Below are positions 1 through 13,062 of a DNA stretch of 64,000 bases, piece after piece. The stretch comes from the human T2T-CHM13v2.0 reference genome, Homo sapiens. Numbering within the stretch: position 1 is the stretch's first letter; every line of letters begins with the position of its first letter. The stretch lies in assembly GCF_009914755.1 (NCBI RefSeq), contig NC_060945.1; one strand, given 5' to 3'. A program made the position numbers and the translations under genes. The notes beneath the pieces were generated by a model. The model made no database searches. It had not been told where the DNA came from and saw only the letters and a list, made by a program, of their open reading frames with translations.

Positions 1-141
1 AACGATGAACATAAAGTTTATATTTAGTTTATTTTCAAGTTACCATGTATTTATTTTAGTTTATGCTAGGTAAGTTAAACACATTTCAATTCTTTCGATC
101 ATTATGAAATGATTTTTAAACTTTTTTATAAAACAAAATTA

Positions 142-411
142 TCTCGCTCTGTTGCCTAGGCTGGAGTGCAGTGGTGCAATCTCAGCTCACTCCAGCCTCT
201 GCCTCCAGGGTTCAAGCGATTCTCCTGCCTCAGCCTCCTGAGTAGCCGGACTACAGGTGCGCGCCACCACGCCCAGGTAATTTTTGTATTTGTAGTAGAG
301 ATGGCATTTCACCATATTGTCCAGGATGGTCTCGATCTTCTGACCTAGTCATCCGCCTGCCTCAGCCTCCCAAAGTGCTGGGATTACAGGCGTGAGCCAC
401 CACGCCCGGCC
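142..411 (-). mobile_element. AluS (Sc-like) SINE lacking its poly-A tail
   Basis: Reverse-complement Alu body, ctcgctctgttgcctaggctggagtgcagtgg ... gtgagccaccacgcccggcc. No T-run at the left end. Confidence 0.95.
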
Positions 412-2116
412 TGCATACTGTTTTTCATAGTGATTGCATCATTGTACATTCCCATCAACCGTGTTCAAAGGTGACAATTTTCCATACTGTCACCAATATT
501 TATATTTTTTATATATAGCAACCATATTAGCAGGTGTGAGCTGATAACTCACTGTGGTTTTGATTTTTAGTTCCCTTGTGATTAGTGTGTTGAGCACCTT
601 ATTTTATATCTGATAGTCATTTGTATGTCTTCCCTGGAGAAGTGTCTAAGTTCTTGGTCCATTTTCACTTTATTTTTTATTTAGTTGGGTAAGTTCCCTG
701 CGTATTTTGGATATTAACCCCTTGTCAGATATATGCTTTGCAAGTAATTTCTCCCATTCCATAAATTGCCTTATTATCTTATTAACTATTTCCTTTGTTG
801 TGCAGAGGTCTTTTACCTTGGTGCAGTTCCCACTTGCCAGTTTTTATTTTATTTGCCTGTAGTTTTGGTGACATATTCAATAACTCATGGCCAAAGGCAA
901 TGGAAAGGAGTTTTCTCCTGTTTTCTTCTAAGAGCCTTACAATTCCAGGTCTTACGTTCAAGTCTTTAATCCATTTTGAGTTGATTTTTGTGTGTAGTGT
1001 AAGATGTAGGGTTCCAACTTCATACTTTTGCAAGTGGATTTCTGGATTTCCCAGCATAATTTCTTGAAAAGTCTATCCTCTCCCTATTGTATATGCATGA
1101 TGGCCTTGTAGATCAGTTGACCATATACACCCACATTTATTTCTGAGTTCTCAAGTTTTTTAATTTTTTAAAAACACATATATACATATATATATATATA
1201 TATTTTTTTTTTTTTTGAGACAGAATACTGCTCTGTCACCCAGGCTGGTGTGCAGTGGCACAGTCATGGTTCACTGCAACCTCTGCCTCCTGGATTCAAG
1301 TGATTCCGATGCCTCAACTTCTTGAGTAGCTGTGACTTCAGGCATGCGCCACCTCACTGGGCTAATTTTTGCATTTTTAGTAGAGATGGGGTTTTATCAT
1401 GTTGCCCAGGCCCATCTGGAACCCCTGGTCTCAGGTTATCTGCCAGCCTTTGCCAGCTTACAGAAATTACAGTGCTGGGATTACAGGCATGAGCTACGCA
1501 TGCCCAGCTGAGCCCTCAATTTTGTTTCATTGGTCTATATGTCTGTTTTTATCCCAGCACCATCCTGTTTTGATTACTATAGCTTTGTAATATGTTTTGA
1601 AATGAGGCAGTGTGATGCCTCCAGTTTTGTTCTTTCTTCTCAAGATGACTTTGTATATCCTGGGTCTTTTGTTGTTCCATATAAATTTTAGCACTATTTT
1701 TCTATTTCTGAATTAAATCCCATTGGGATTTTGATGGGAATAGAATTCCAATTTATCGCGTAATATGAACGTTTTAACACTATTAAGACTCCAATACATA
1801 AACATAAGATTTATTTCCATTTTTTTTTCTAATTTATTTCCTTAATGTATTGTAGCTTTCAATGCAAGGAAAATGTCTTTTACCTCCCTGGGTAAGTTTA
1901 TTTCTATTTTTTAATGGGATTAATTCTATTATAAATGAGACTTTTAATTTCCTTTTCAGATTGCATGTTGTTAGTATGTAGAAATACAAATGCAACTTTT
2001 TAAATGTTGTATGTGGATTCTGTTTCCTGTAACTTTATTAAGTATATTTATTAGTTTTAAGTTTTTTTTCTTTCTTTCAGATTTTGGATGTCTTTTATTT
2101 CTTTTTTCTTGCCTAA
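412..2116 (-). mobile_element. Old L1M (L1MA/MB-type) ORF2 3' region, interrupted by an AluJ
   Basis: L1 ORF2 C-terminal motif in ORF 782..1057(-), TKINSKWIKDLNVRP. Antisense L1 text such as gattactatagctttgtaatatgttttgaaat. Confidence 0.85.
1177..1509 (-). mobile_element. AluJ with (TA)n/T-rich tail
   Basis: tttgagacagaatactgctctgtcacccaggctgg ... ctgggattacaggcatgagc, with J-type features. (TA)n at about 1177-1203. Confidence 0.9.
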
Positions 2117-2266
2117 ACGAGCCCACATTTAATATCCTATTTAACAGTGAAAAACTAATGGCTTTTCCTCTAACATCGGAAAGAAAACAAAGATCCCCAC
2201 TCTTGTAAATTCTATTCAACATAGTGCTGGCAGTTCTTGGTAGCACTTGGCAGTTCTAGCAGTGCA
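2117..2266 (+). mobile_element. Inverted 5' segment of the L1M (ORF2 RT region)
   Basis: Sense L1 text: cccacatttaatatcctatttaacagtgaaaaactaatggcttttcctct ... ctattcaacatagtgctggcagttc. Confidence 0.75.
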
Positions 2267-2444
2267 AAGGTGAGACCATTTTAATGGATAATTTGCATAC
2301 AGTTTTTCTGACTATGGAACATAGGTGAGACTATGTAAATTTTCCAAATAATCTGAGACACTTCAGTGAAAGTTCATTATACAGATGAACTGAAAGCTTG
2401 GTATTTTTTTCTTCATTTCCTCCTTCTCCTCATTCTTCTTCTGT

Positions 2445-2640
2445 TACTATCGCTAAGGATCATTGTGCTAACACTTCACATAGGTTATCTTCTTTAATCT
2501 TCACAACAACCCTATAAATAATTAATCATCAGCAATTCAGAAGAAGACAGTGACTTACTAAAGATCACACTTGTCATCAGAAGTGTTGGGATGAACCCAG
2601 GTAATGTGCTGTCAGAGTCCCTATGATTAACCAACATACT
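2445..2640 (-). mobile_element. MIR SINE
   Basis: tttaatcttcacaacaaccctat and gggatgaacccagg...cagagtcc...ttaacca match antisense MIR. Confidence 0.7.
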
Positions 2641-3710
2641 CTACTTTAAATGCCTTGAAGAATTAGAAAACTCTTCAATCTATATCTTTGAGCCTGCAAA
2701 TAAAACTTCACATGTACCCAGTGTAAAAATATAACAGAAATAATAAGAATCAGTATAATTTTTTAAAATGTGAAGTATCCTTGAAGATTCCAAACACTGT
2801 AAAATTTAGCAATAAACTGATGATTATGAGTCACACTTTTCCTCTACTTTTGAGAGCATTACCAATATGTTTTAATGACATATTAGAAATTATGATATTT
2901 TAAAACTAGGTTGATTGAGACTATATGAAATGCCATTGAGATTTTTGGAGTACTTTTGTCTTTCTAAAAATAGGATAATCTGAGGGTAAACAAATATATA
3001 TGTATATATATATAGTTATAAATGTGAATTATAATTTATGTTTCAAAATTGAATTATACAGCATTTTTAGGAATCCATGCCTATAGGGTAAGATGTGGAA
3101 ATTTAAGGAAATAAACTAATAAAACATCTTTACTATAACCTAATTATTGTATTTTCTAATAATTCAGAGTTTCTTGATACTAAAATAGTTTGTGTTGTCA
3201 CAAATAAATAAAAACCCATCACTATAATCTTGCATAAAAAACAAAAGCCAAAATAAATTTTATTTATGCACGAGTAAATCTATATATAGTAGCTAATCAA
3301 TATTTATTAACAATAATTTTTTTCAAAGAGGAGAGGAATCATTTTTGATGCAAAACCATTAATAGTCAAATTAAAAAGTACAATATTGAACAGTATTAAA
3401 GCTGTATGCAAAATGTTCAAATTTTGTTAGAAATGTATACATTTATATATCTTTTCACATTCTATAGCCATATACCTGTGTGTTTACGGGAATGTATGTT
3501 TTTATATAACTCCATTTATAAATACAAGTATATTAAAATCTAAAATAATTATCAACACCTATAACTACATATTAGTAACTATATGAAGTTATATATTCAT
3601 TATTATATGCAAAAACTCATAACTAATGTTTAGAATACATATACTAATATTTACTAAATGTATAAAATTATATATCCATGTCATTTTATAGCTACAGATA
3701 TTTTTATACC

Positions 3711-4213
3711 TTTTTTAAATTTTATTATTATTATACTTTAAGTTTTAGGGTACATGTGCACAACGTGCAGGTTTGTTACATATGTATACATGTGCCATGT
3801 TGGTGTGCTGCACCCATTAACTAGTCATTTAGCATTAGGTATATCTCCTAATGCTATCCCTCCCCCCTCCCCCCACCCCACAACAGGCCCCGGTGTGTGA
3901 TGTTCCCCTTCCTGTGTCCATGTGTTCTCATTGTTCAATTCCCACCTATGAGTGAGAACATGCGGTGTTTGGTTTTTTGTCCTTGAGATAGTTTGCTGAG
4001 AATAATGGTTTCCAGTTTCATCCATGTCCCTACAAAGGACGTGAACTCCTCATTTTTTATGGCTGCATAGTATTCCATGGTGTATGTGTGCCACATTTTC
4101 GTAATCTAGTCTATTGTTGTTGGACATTTAGGTTGGTTCCAAGTCTTTGCTATTGTGAATAGTGCCACTATAAACGTACGTGTGCATGTGTCTTTATAGC
4201 AGCATGATTTATA
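3711..4213 (-). mobile_element. Young L1PA (L1PA3/4-like) 5'-truncated 3' end
   Basis: Near-consensus antisense 3'UTR, tatactttaagttttagggtacatgtgcacaacgtgcagg. Candidate TSD atatttttataccTT (3698) versus atatttttatgtcTT (4211). Confidence 0.95.
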
Positions 4214-4280
4214 TTTTTATGTCTTAAACAAATTCACCGATATTTTAATGTGTTTATCTTTGCATAACAGGATTTCAAGT

Positions 4281-4403
4281 AAGAACAGCAGCATGGGGGT
4301 AACTACTCCCATGTTTCAATTACCACCCACCAGGTCCCTCCTGTGACACATGGGGATTACAATTCAAATGAGATTTGGGTGAGAACACAGCCAAACCACA
4401 TCA
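4281..4403 (-). mobile_element. THE1/MSTA MaLR LTR fragment
   Basis: ...tgagatttgggtgagaacacagccaaaccacatca is the reverse of the LTR start TGATATGGTTTGGCTGTGT. Confidence 0.85.
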
Positions 4404-5130
4404 TTCTGCCCCTGGCTCCTTTCCAAATCTCATGTCCTTCCAAATCTCATGTCCAAATCACATTTCAAAACACAATCATGTCTTCCCAACAATCCTCCAA
4501 AGTCTGAACTCATTCCAACATAAAATGTCCAAGTCCAAAATCTCATCTGAGACAAGGCAATTTCCTTCTGCCTATAAGTCTATAAAATGAAAAGCAACTT
4601 AGTTACTTCCTAGATGCAATAGGAGTATAGGCATGGGGAAAATATACCTGTTTCAAATGGGAGAAATTGGCCAAAACAAAGGAGCTACAGGCCTCATGCA
4701 AGTCTGAAATTGAATAGGCCAGTTCTGAAATTATCTCTTTAATCGATGTCTCACATCCAGGGCATGCTGATGCAAGAAGTTGACTCCCATGGCCTTCTGC
4801 AGCTCCACTGCTATGGCTTTGAAGGTATAGCTCCCCTCCTGGCTGCTTTCACAGGCTGGTACTGAGTGTGCAGCTTTTCCAAGAGCACAGTGCAAGCTGT
4901 CAGTGGATCTACAATTCTGCAGTCTGGAGGACAATGGCCCTCTTCTCACAGTTCCACTAGGCAGTGCCCCAGTGGGGACCCTGTGTGGGGGTTCCAACCC
5001 CACACTTCCCTTCCACATTGCCCTAGCAGAAGTTCTTCATGAGGGGTCCACCCCTGGAACACACCTCTGCCTGGACATACAGGTCCCTCCACACATCCTT
5101 TGAAATTTAGGGTTTCATTAAACCTCTTGA
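4404..5130 (-). mobile_element. THE1/MST internal (MaLR-int) fragment
   Basis: Polypurine-tract complement ttctgcccctgg abuts the LTR. ORF 4731..5018(-) GLEPPHRVPTGALPSG is the typical MaLR ORF remnant. Perfect 17-bp tandem duplication at 4421-4454. Confidence 0.9.
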
Positions 5131-5268
5131 GTTTTCTGAATTTTCTAAGAATGCACCAGAATTTTAATTATTCAAAATGTCCATTGAAACTTTGCTAAGC
5201 ACTATTTTCAAAGGTCTATACAAGCGAAGGATTTGGATCAGTTGATGTTGGAGGGGAATACATTTGTG

Positions 5269-5276
5269 TAGGTAGG

Positions 5277-5313
<37 letters not shown>
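5269..5313. repeat. (TAGG)2(TAGA)~9 tetranucleotide microsatellite
   Basis: Read directly from the sequence. Confidence 0.97.
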
Positions 5314-5654
5314 CTGATTTATTAAGAATCATTCACCAGGTATTAGTGTTACATTTTAGAAAGGGAGAAAGAGAATAAGGGAGAGAGCGTATGTTCCAAG
5401 AGACAAAGAGACAGAAAGATAGGGATATTCAGAGGCAAAAATACACGCATATGAAGACTAAGAGATAGAATCTCAGAAACAAAACATAATTCATGAATCT
5501 CAACATTGGGAGATACTCATTGTACCTTATTTTACATGTCTAATCCTAACATTATAATACTATTAAAACTACAATGATTAATTGAATTTTAAGCTTTCAT
5601 TAAGTCCACTGACTTATGGGGAATCCCTTACCCTTCTCCTATAGGAGAAAATAT

Positions 5655-5943
5655 AACCTTAGCAAACTAACACAAGAACAGAAACTAAATACCACATGTT
5701 CTCTCTTATAAGTGGGAGCTAAATGTTGAGAACTCATGGCTGCATAAAGGGGAACAACAAACACTGAGGCCTATCCGAAGGTGGAGGGTGGGAGGAGGGA
5801 CTGGATCAGGAAAAATAACTAATGGGTACTAGGTTTAATGCCTGAGTGATGAAATAATCTGTGCAACAAACCGCTATGACACAAGTTTACCTGTGTAACA
5901 AACCTGCACATGTACCCCTGAACTTAAAATGAAAGTTAAAAAG
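5655..5943 (+). mobile_element. L1PA13-like 3' end
   Basis: ggatcaggaaaaataactaatgggtactaggtttaat ... acccctgaacttaaaatgaaagttaaa. Confidence 0.85.
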
Positions 5944-6316
5944 AGAAACCTTACAAATATATAAAGTTTAAGAAAAAAAGGGAAATGTCAAACAAATAAA
6001 CAACTTCTCCTTATTGAAAATAAAGGAAGAGACTTGTCCCATTCCCTTTTCTTAGAGTATTAACTTTACAAAACATTTAGTTTCTGTCTCTGTTTCCTGG
6101 AAATGTATGTACATTCAGGAAACAGAGTTAAATAACCTTGCTAGCTTTATGACCCAGACATGTTTTCTTAATTACATGGGACAATTTCATTGATGTATTC
6201 ATCAAGGAAGACCAGCTCATCTATTTTCCGGTTTCTATGGGATGGTAGGAATCTAATTTCTGTAGAAGTGGCTTGCTCCAACTTGCAAAATCAACTCATA
6301 AAAATGATATAAAATG

Positions 6317-6600
6317 GGCTGGGAGTGGTGGCTTACTCCTATAACACCAGTACTTTGGGAGGCTGAGGCCAGCGGATCACTTGAGGTCAGGAGTTCTAGA
6401 CCTTCCTGGCCAACACGGTGAAACCTTGTCTCTACTAAAAATACAAAAATTAGCCGGGTGTGGTGGCTCATACCTGTACTCCCAGATACTTGGGGGTGGC
6501 TTAGGCAGGAGAATCGCTTGAACTCGGGAGGCGGAACTTGCAGTGAGCCAAGATTGCACCACTGCACTCCAGCCTGGGCGACAGAGCAAGACTCCATCTC

Positions 6601-6604
<4 letters not shown>
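6317..6604 (+). mobile_element. AluS (Sx/Sz-like)
   Basis: Full dimer with A5TACA5 linker. Tail replaced by (AC)n. Confidence 0.95.

Positions 6605-6641
<37 letters not shown>
6604..6641. repeat. (AC)19 microsatellite at the Alu tail
   Basis: Read directly from the sequence. Confidence 0.97.
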
Positions 6642-6645
<4 letters not shown>

Positions 6646-7379
6646 TATAAAAACATGAAAAGCTTATTTTATAAAACATAAAAATATGAGTTTTCTTCTT
6701 TAAAGAAAACCAAATGGCTAACTCAGATAGTCATCCCAAATAGCAAGTGAGTTTATGATGAATTATGTATGAAAAATGGCACTTTCAAGTCCTCTACTTG
6801 AGAACTAGTTGTTTATCTTGAGAGCATGTATGCAAAAGGTTATATCTGCTTGGCTCTGCAAAGGGTGAGATTTCTTCCTAACTCTATGATCTCTTAGCGG
6901 ATTGCCTGTGATCCCCTAATACTCTTGTTTATTGCTTACCGAATAATAAAACTTCTTTACTGCCCTTCTACTTTTGTGGACAGGCTTTCTGGTTTGGAAG
7001 GAGATTTTATTTTTAATTATATTTCCCCAACACTTCCAACTGCTGATTAAACTATTGGAATTACGAAATTAATAATGGTGAGGTTTTTTTTTTAACTTTC
7101 CCGAATTGGCTCTTATTCTAACCTTTAAAGTTTCAAATATTTCTAAAATATGAGTTGCAAACCTTGATCTATCAAAATTTGAATATTCATCTTCTAAATA
7201 AGGATGTTTTCACTCTTTCTTTTTTATTATTATTATTTCATTGGCTAATGGAAACAGAAGATAATATCCTGGAAGAAAAATAAAATTATTAATAGTAAAA
7301 ATACAATAATTCACAGGAACAAAATATAATTCTTCTATTAAATTAAATATATTTCTTTTATTTTTAATAGAAATAATAA

Positions 7380-7804
7380 TATTAAATAAAAATTTATCGG
7401 AGGTCATTGTTTTAGACTGAGCTCCTGTATTAGGCCCCAACAGAGCAGACTAAACCAGAATGGAGTCCCTTGAGCTCAATGCCATGTAATCAAACTGGAC
7501 TAATTTTGTGAAGAACAGAAGATTCACAGCAACCCATCAGAAGAAGCCCAACTTACTTGAGCTGTCATGATAAGGAAGTCCCATCTGCTTTAACACTATA
7601 GAAAAGTAACTTTCAAAAGACTAGTCAGCTTCTTTTTTTCTCATTTATGCTTTCTTCAGCCCTTTTCTGCCCTAAAACCAACCCCTTTTGCTCAGCTCAT
7701 CAGAGCACTCATTCTATTTTGTGAGATGCTGCTTGATTTCAAAATCACTGGGAAAAGCCAATTAAAAAAAAAAACTAAATATATTGACATTTTGTCTGTT
7801 GACA
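7380..7804 (+). mobile_element. ERV1 solo LTR, MER31-like
   Basis: ggaggtcattgttttagactgagctcctgtattaggccccaacagagcagactaaaccagaatggagtc resembles the recalled MER31 start. Ends ...ttgaca. Confidence 0.6.
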
Positions 7805-9024
7805 ATAGTGGTTAATTCTAAAACTTCTTGACTTACTTTTATTTTCTATACCATTGTAGTAATCAGTGTGTTCAGTTAACTAAAGCAGCAGATGTGATAC
7901 ATGCCTAGAAACAAAGTAAAATCAATTGACACCTGAATTTCCATAGTCATTACTTTTCATTTTTTCATTGTGTTTGAGATAATAGTATTAAATGTGAAAA
8001 ATTAATATTCATAGACAAATATTATGCCAGTAGGAAAAAATAATATATCACTAGAAACCACCATAGCTATAACAAATAGAGTTCTTTAACCCATAAAAAA
8101 GATTGAAACCTCAGAACTCTGGATATTAATTAAATGTGAAGGCTGAAAAAATTTTGTTGTGATTACATATTTAAGAACTTGACAATTGTATAATTAGTAC
8201 TAAATTGATAAGACAAATCCTTCAACTACACAATTCATGCTCTGTTTCTCCACTCATAGCAGTTTATAAAATATATTCAAATGACCAACACCACTTCTCA
8301 TGTATGAGTGAAATATACATATGAGAATCACATTTTTATTTTATTAATAGTCAGATTGCTAAACTACCAGAATTAATTCCACTCTTTACTCTATAACACA
8401 CAACTGGTTATTGTAGAAAAGATATGTTCAATCTCAGTTCCTTCCCACCAGATCATTTGTTTCATTTTTAAACAAGTTAAACAAGGAAGTTATTAGATAC
8501 AAGGAGAGAATTTTAAGTGGGTATTTCTCTCATTTAAGTGGATATTTCTCACAAAATTTAAAATGGGTATTTTAAAATTGTTTTGTATGTTGTTGAGATA
8601 GTTAACTGTAGCTGTATAAAATAATGTTTTCAAAAATATTTACTCACTAAATATACTGATCACTGAAGACATATATACTACTGATGTCTGTATTTTCAAA
8701 GTCATTAATGATAACAATTAGACCCAATGTTTATTGTTATTAGAAGACACTAAACATATTAAGAATGCGTTTTTACATTTGAGTCTGTGAACTGTTAAAA
8801 TGTGGAAAATAAAATAACCTTTCAAGAAATTAGTTCTGATAAAACTAAAAATAGATGATAAACCTAATAAATATTAATGATTTGATTTGTTAAATTTACC
8901 AAGAGGGCTGTAAATAATAAATATAATAAAAGTAGAAAATATTCTGACTATACGTATTTCATTTCAGGAACAAATTACTTATTGAGAAAATTTTGGATTG
9001 ATAAAATCACAGTATGAATTCTGA

Positions 9025-9625
9025 CTTGGTTTTAGCTAATCCAAACAGAAACTTCACAATACAGTGGCTTAAGCAAGACACTTTAGATTTTCTCATATAA
9101 CCATCTAGAAAGAAAAAGGCTAAAGCTTTTATAAAGGTTACCTTCACAAGTTATCCAAAAATTAAACTATACTTTAGTTTGTTCTCACATAACCATCTAG
9201 AAAGAGAATGGCTAAAGCTTTTATAAAGGTTACCTTCACAAGTTATCTGGGGCCCCACACTCCCACTACACTTTAGATCTGTCATCTCTGGCATGTTTCT
9301 CTGATCTACCTGATCAAATGTATCTCATTTCCATGTCTAGTGGAATAAGGTGGAGGACAGGGAAGGGGGCACCATGCCTTGTTAGGAAAATACCTGCAAG
9401 TAAAGCACAGTTCTTCCCCGTGTGTACCACTGGTCAGGTCACAGTCACTTTATCACATTTACCATCTAATACAAGAGATGATGTGGAGTAGGATTTTAGT
9501 TTTCTACAGAATCATACATCCAGCCCAAAACCAAACAAAATAAGGAAACAAATAAAATACAGGTCTTTTACTATAAAGAAGAAAAACAGGGGAAACTGAT
9601 ACTGAGGGAAAACTATTAATAGCAA
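9025..9625 (-). mobile_element. LTR33-like ERVL LTR with internal tandem duplication
   Basis: atacagtggcttaagcaaga...ttctcacataa and tctttactataaagaagaa...gatactgagggaaaacta match antisense LTR33. Confidence 0.55.
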
Positions 9626-10916
9626 TCTAGAGGACAATCATCAAATTAGGAGAGAAAATATTGAAATAAATTACTAATAATTCATATTAAATTTTAGCAA
9701 GATTAGTGCAGTAATTTGTAGTGACTTCCTATTTAGGCAAATTATTAAACATATTTTTCTTTCAATTAATAAACAGCCAAAGAATTGATAACGGTGTTTC
9801 AAATATGCAAAGTAATCCTAAATTTCTTTGTTATTAGGTTAGTGCCATCATTCTTTACCATATCAAACATTTCAAAATGTAAAATTATGTGTTTTTAAAT
9901 ATTTATAAAATTATCAAAGTGAAACCTAAAGTAACATTTTTAATTCATTTATTTTTAATCAGCTGTAAAATAGTTATAATTTTCATCACTTTTGAAGAAG
10001 TATAAGAAACATGAGCACATGCACAGTCTGATTCTTTACCTTCTTCGTCATACAATAAGGATGACATTTTAATACTATGCTGAGCTCTAAATTGTTACAT
10101 ATCAATGATATTGCCATATTAAGATAGCTTTTCCTTGTCCGGGAAAGGCTAAATAGAATTTTGGGATATATCTTAATAAATGCGAGCAGATTACATTGTT
10201 TTAGACATCCCTTACAATCCATTACACTTGACACTTTAAATCCACTTATTTTACTTTATGTAAATTAAAGCTCAATAGAATAATTAATTCCAGGAGTTGA
10301 GAGAGACATGAAATTTCATAAGTAAGGAATCTGCTGTCTCACTATACAGATTTAGTTACACTCTATGTCAAAACTCTGAGATACTTTTCTCTTGAAAAAG
10401 TATATATTAATTCTATGAAAGTTTTGAGTTACAATGTCCAGAATAATTCCTTCATGGTATAAAATTATATTCCCGGGGGTGGAGCAAGATGGCAGAATAA
10501 AGAGTTTCACTGATCATTCCCCCAGCAAGGACACCAAGCTAACAACTATCTACACAGAAAATACACTCTCATGAGAACCAAAAACCACGTGAGCACTCAT
10601 AGTACCTAGTTTTAACTTCATATCACTAAAAAAGACACTGAAGAGACAGAAAAGACAGTCCAGAATTGCCAACGCCACCCTGTCCCCACGCCCCGGCAGT
10701 GGTGGCATGGTGCTGAGAGCATCTCTTGGTGCTGGGAGAGGGGAAACACAGCAATCTTGCAACATTAAACCCTGTGCTCTTCTGTAAGAGCAGAAAGGAA
10801 AATCAGAACAAACTTAGCTGACAACTGCCCACAGAGGAAGCATTTAAACCAGCCCTAACCAGAGGGGAATCTTCAATCCCTAACAATGCCACAACAACTG
10901 AATTACCATAGCAATT

Positions 10917-11092
10917 CAGGGGTCTCAAGTAACACAGGAGTCTCAAACTGAAATGTCAACAAGAGTCAAGTAAATATTTTAGAAATAGGCTACCCTGAAC
11001 TAGATGGGTTTGAGAGGAACCAGTGAAATCCCAACTTTATGTGAATTACCTTAATTGTGAAATGTTGGCAATTAATTTACAATATTTTTAAA
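10917..11092 (+). mobile_element. MER102-like hAT-Charlie fragment inside the L1 5'UTR
   Basis: caggagtctcaaactgaaatg and tttatgtgaattaccttaattgtgaaatgttggcaattaatttacaatatttttaaa resemble the MER102 5' TIR region and its distal region. Confidence 0.55.
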
Positions 11093-13062
11093 TGTCTGAA
11101 CTTTAGTGCCTGCAAACCTCACCACCGAAGGGTACAACACTTTGTGTCTCCAAGTAAACTTGAAAGGCAGTCTAGGCCATAGGACTGCAATTCTTAATGC
11201 TGAACTAGGGCCAGAAACAGTGTGTTAGGGGGCATGTGACATGCTGAGACACCAGCTAGGGCAGCCAAGGGAGTGCTGGCATCCTCTTTTCTGACCCCAG
11301 GCTGTGCAGTTTGTAGCTCCAAACGAGACCCCTGTCTTCCTCTTGAGAAGAGGAGAGAAAAGAGTGGGAAGGACTTTGTCTTGCATCCAGGATACCATTT
11401 CAGCCACAGCAGGATAGGGCATCAGTCCGTTGTGAGGCCCCCATTCTAGGCCCTAGCTCCCAGACAACATTTCTAGACACATTCTTGGCCAGAAGAGAAC
11501 CTGCTGCATCGGTGGAGAGGACCCAGTCCTGGTAGCATTTATCACCTGCTAACTGAAGAGCCCCTGGGCCCTGAATAACCAGCAGTGATACCCAGGTACT
11601 ACCTTGAGGGCCCTGGGAAAGCCTCTGAGACTTGTGAACTTCAGATGAAGTCCCCAGAACCACCACAGTATGTCACCAGCTGTGGTGGCTCTGGGGCAAA
11701 ACTACTTCTGCTTGAAAAAAGCAGAGGGAAGAGTGAAGGGGACTTTTTCTTTTACCTTAGGTCCCAGCATGGCCACAGTGGGGTAGAGCTACCAAGCAGG
11801 CTCTTGGGGTCCCTGATTTCAGGACTTGACTCTTAGATGGCATTTCTACATATGCTCTGAGCCCCAGAAGGGCACCCACTGCCCTGAAGGGTGAGTCCCA
11901 GGCCAGGTGGCATTCACCACAAGCTGACTTAAGACATCTTGGATCTTAAGGGAACATCAAGGGTAGTCTGGCAGTACTTCTTGTGGCCTCAGGTGGTAGT
12001 GGCTATGAGGTGAGGCTTCTCTGCCTTTGGGAAGGAGAAGGAAGAATGGAAAGAGCTGCATCTTGTTGTTTGAGTCCAGCTCAGCCACAATACAATACAA
12101 CACCAGGTAGACTTCTATGGTTTTTGAGTCAAATCTCTGACTCCTGGACAGCACTTCTGGACCCGCCCAGGGCCTGGGGGACCTTGTTGCTCAGAAGAGT
12201 AGGACAGAATTCTGGCTGGCATTACCACCTGCAGAATGTGGAGACCCAGGGCCTTGAGTGAACATAGTTGGTAGCCGGGGAGTGGTCAGAGCAGGCCTTG
12301 GGTGAGACCTAGAACTTTGAGGGCTTCAGGTCTCACTGAACACAGTCATAGTGGTGGTGGCCACAGAGGTGCGTATGTCACTCTATCCTCAGCTTTAGGT
12401 GACTCAGAACAGAGACAGAAACTCTAAGTTTGGAGAAAGTAAGGGAAGAGAACAAAGCCTCTGCCTGGTAATACAGAAAATTATCTCAAATCTTGTCTAA
12501 GACTTTCAAGTCTATGAGTCTGCAAGAACCACAGCATTACTGGGCTTGGGGTACTGCCTAAATCAGATACAGCTTAGATCACAGCACCCAGGTACTTTCA
12601 AATATTTGGAAGGCCTTCCTGAGACAGATGGCTACAAATAACCCCAGACAGTGAAGACTACAATAAATACCCAACTCTTCCATGCTCACACACCAAAGAA
12701 CATCTAGTGGCATCAAAAACATCCAAGAAAACATGACCTCACAAAAGGAACTAAATAAACCACAGGGAATCAATTCTGGAGAAACAGAAATATGTGGCTT
12801 TTCAGACACATAATTCAAAATAGTTGTGCTGAAGAAACTCAAAAAAATTCAAGATATCACAGAAAAGGAATTCAGAATTCTATCAGATAAATTTAACAAA
12901 AAGATTGAAATAATTTTTTAAAAAGCAAAAACTCTGGAGCTGAAGAATGCAATTAGCACACTAAAGAATGACATCAGAGTCCTTTAACAAAAGTATTGAT
13001 CAAACAGAAGAAAGAATGAGTGAACTGGAAGACAGACCATTTGAAAACACAGTTAGAGGAGA

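Larger units (their letters stand above)
5950..7032 (+). mobile_element. ERV1 solo LTR, MER67-like, interrupted by an Alu
   Basis: 3' part ctcttagcggattgcctgtgat...aataataaaa...ggaaggagattttatttttaattatatttccccaaca resembles recalled MER67. Ends in CA. Left boundary uncertain. Confidence 0.65.
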
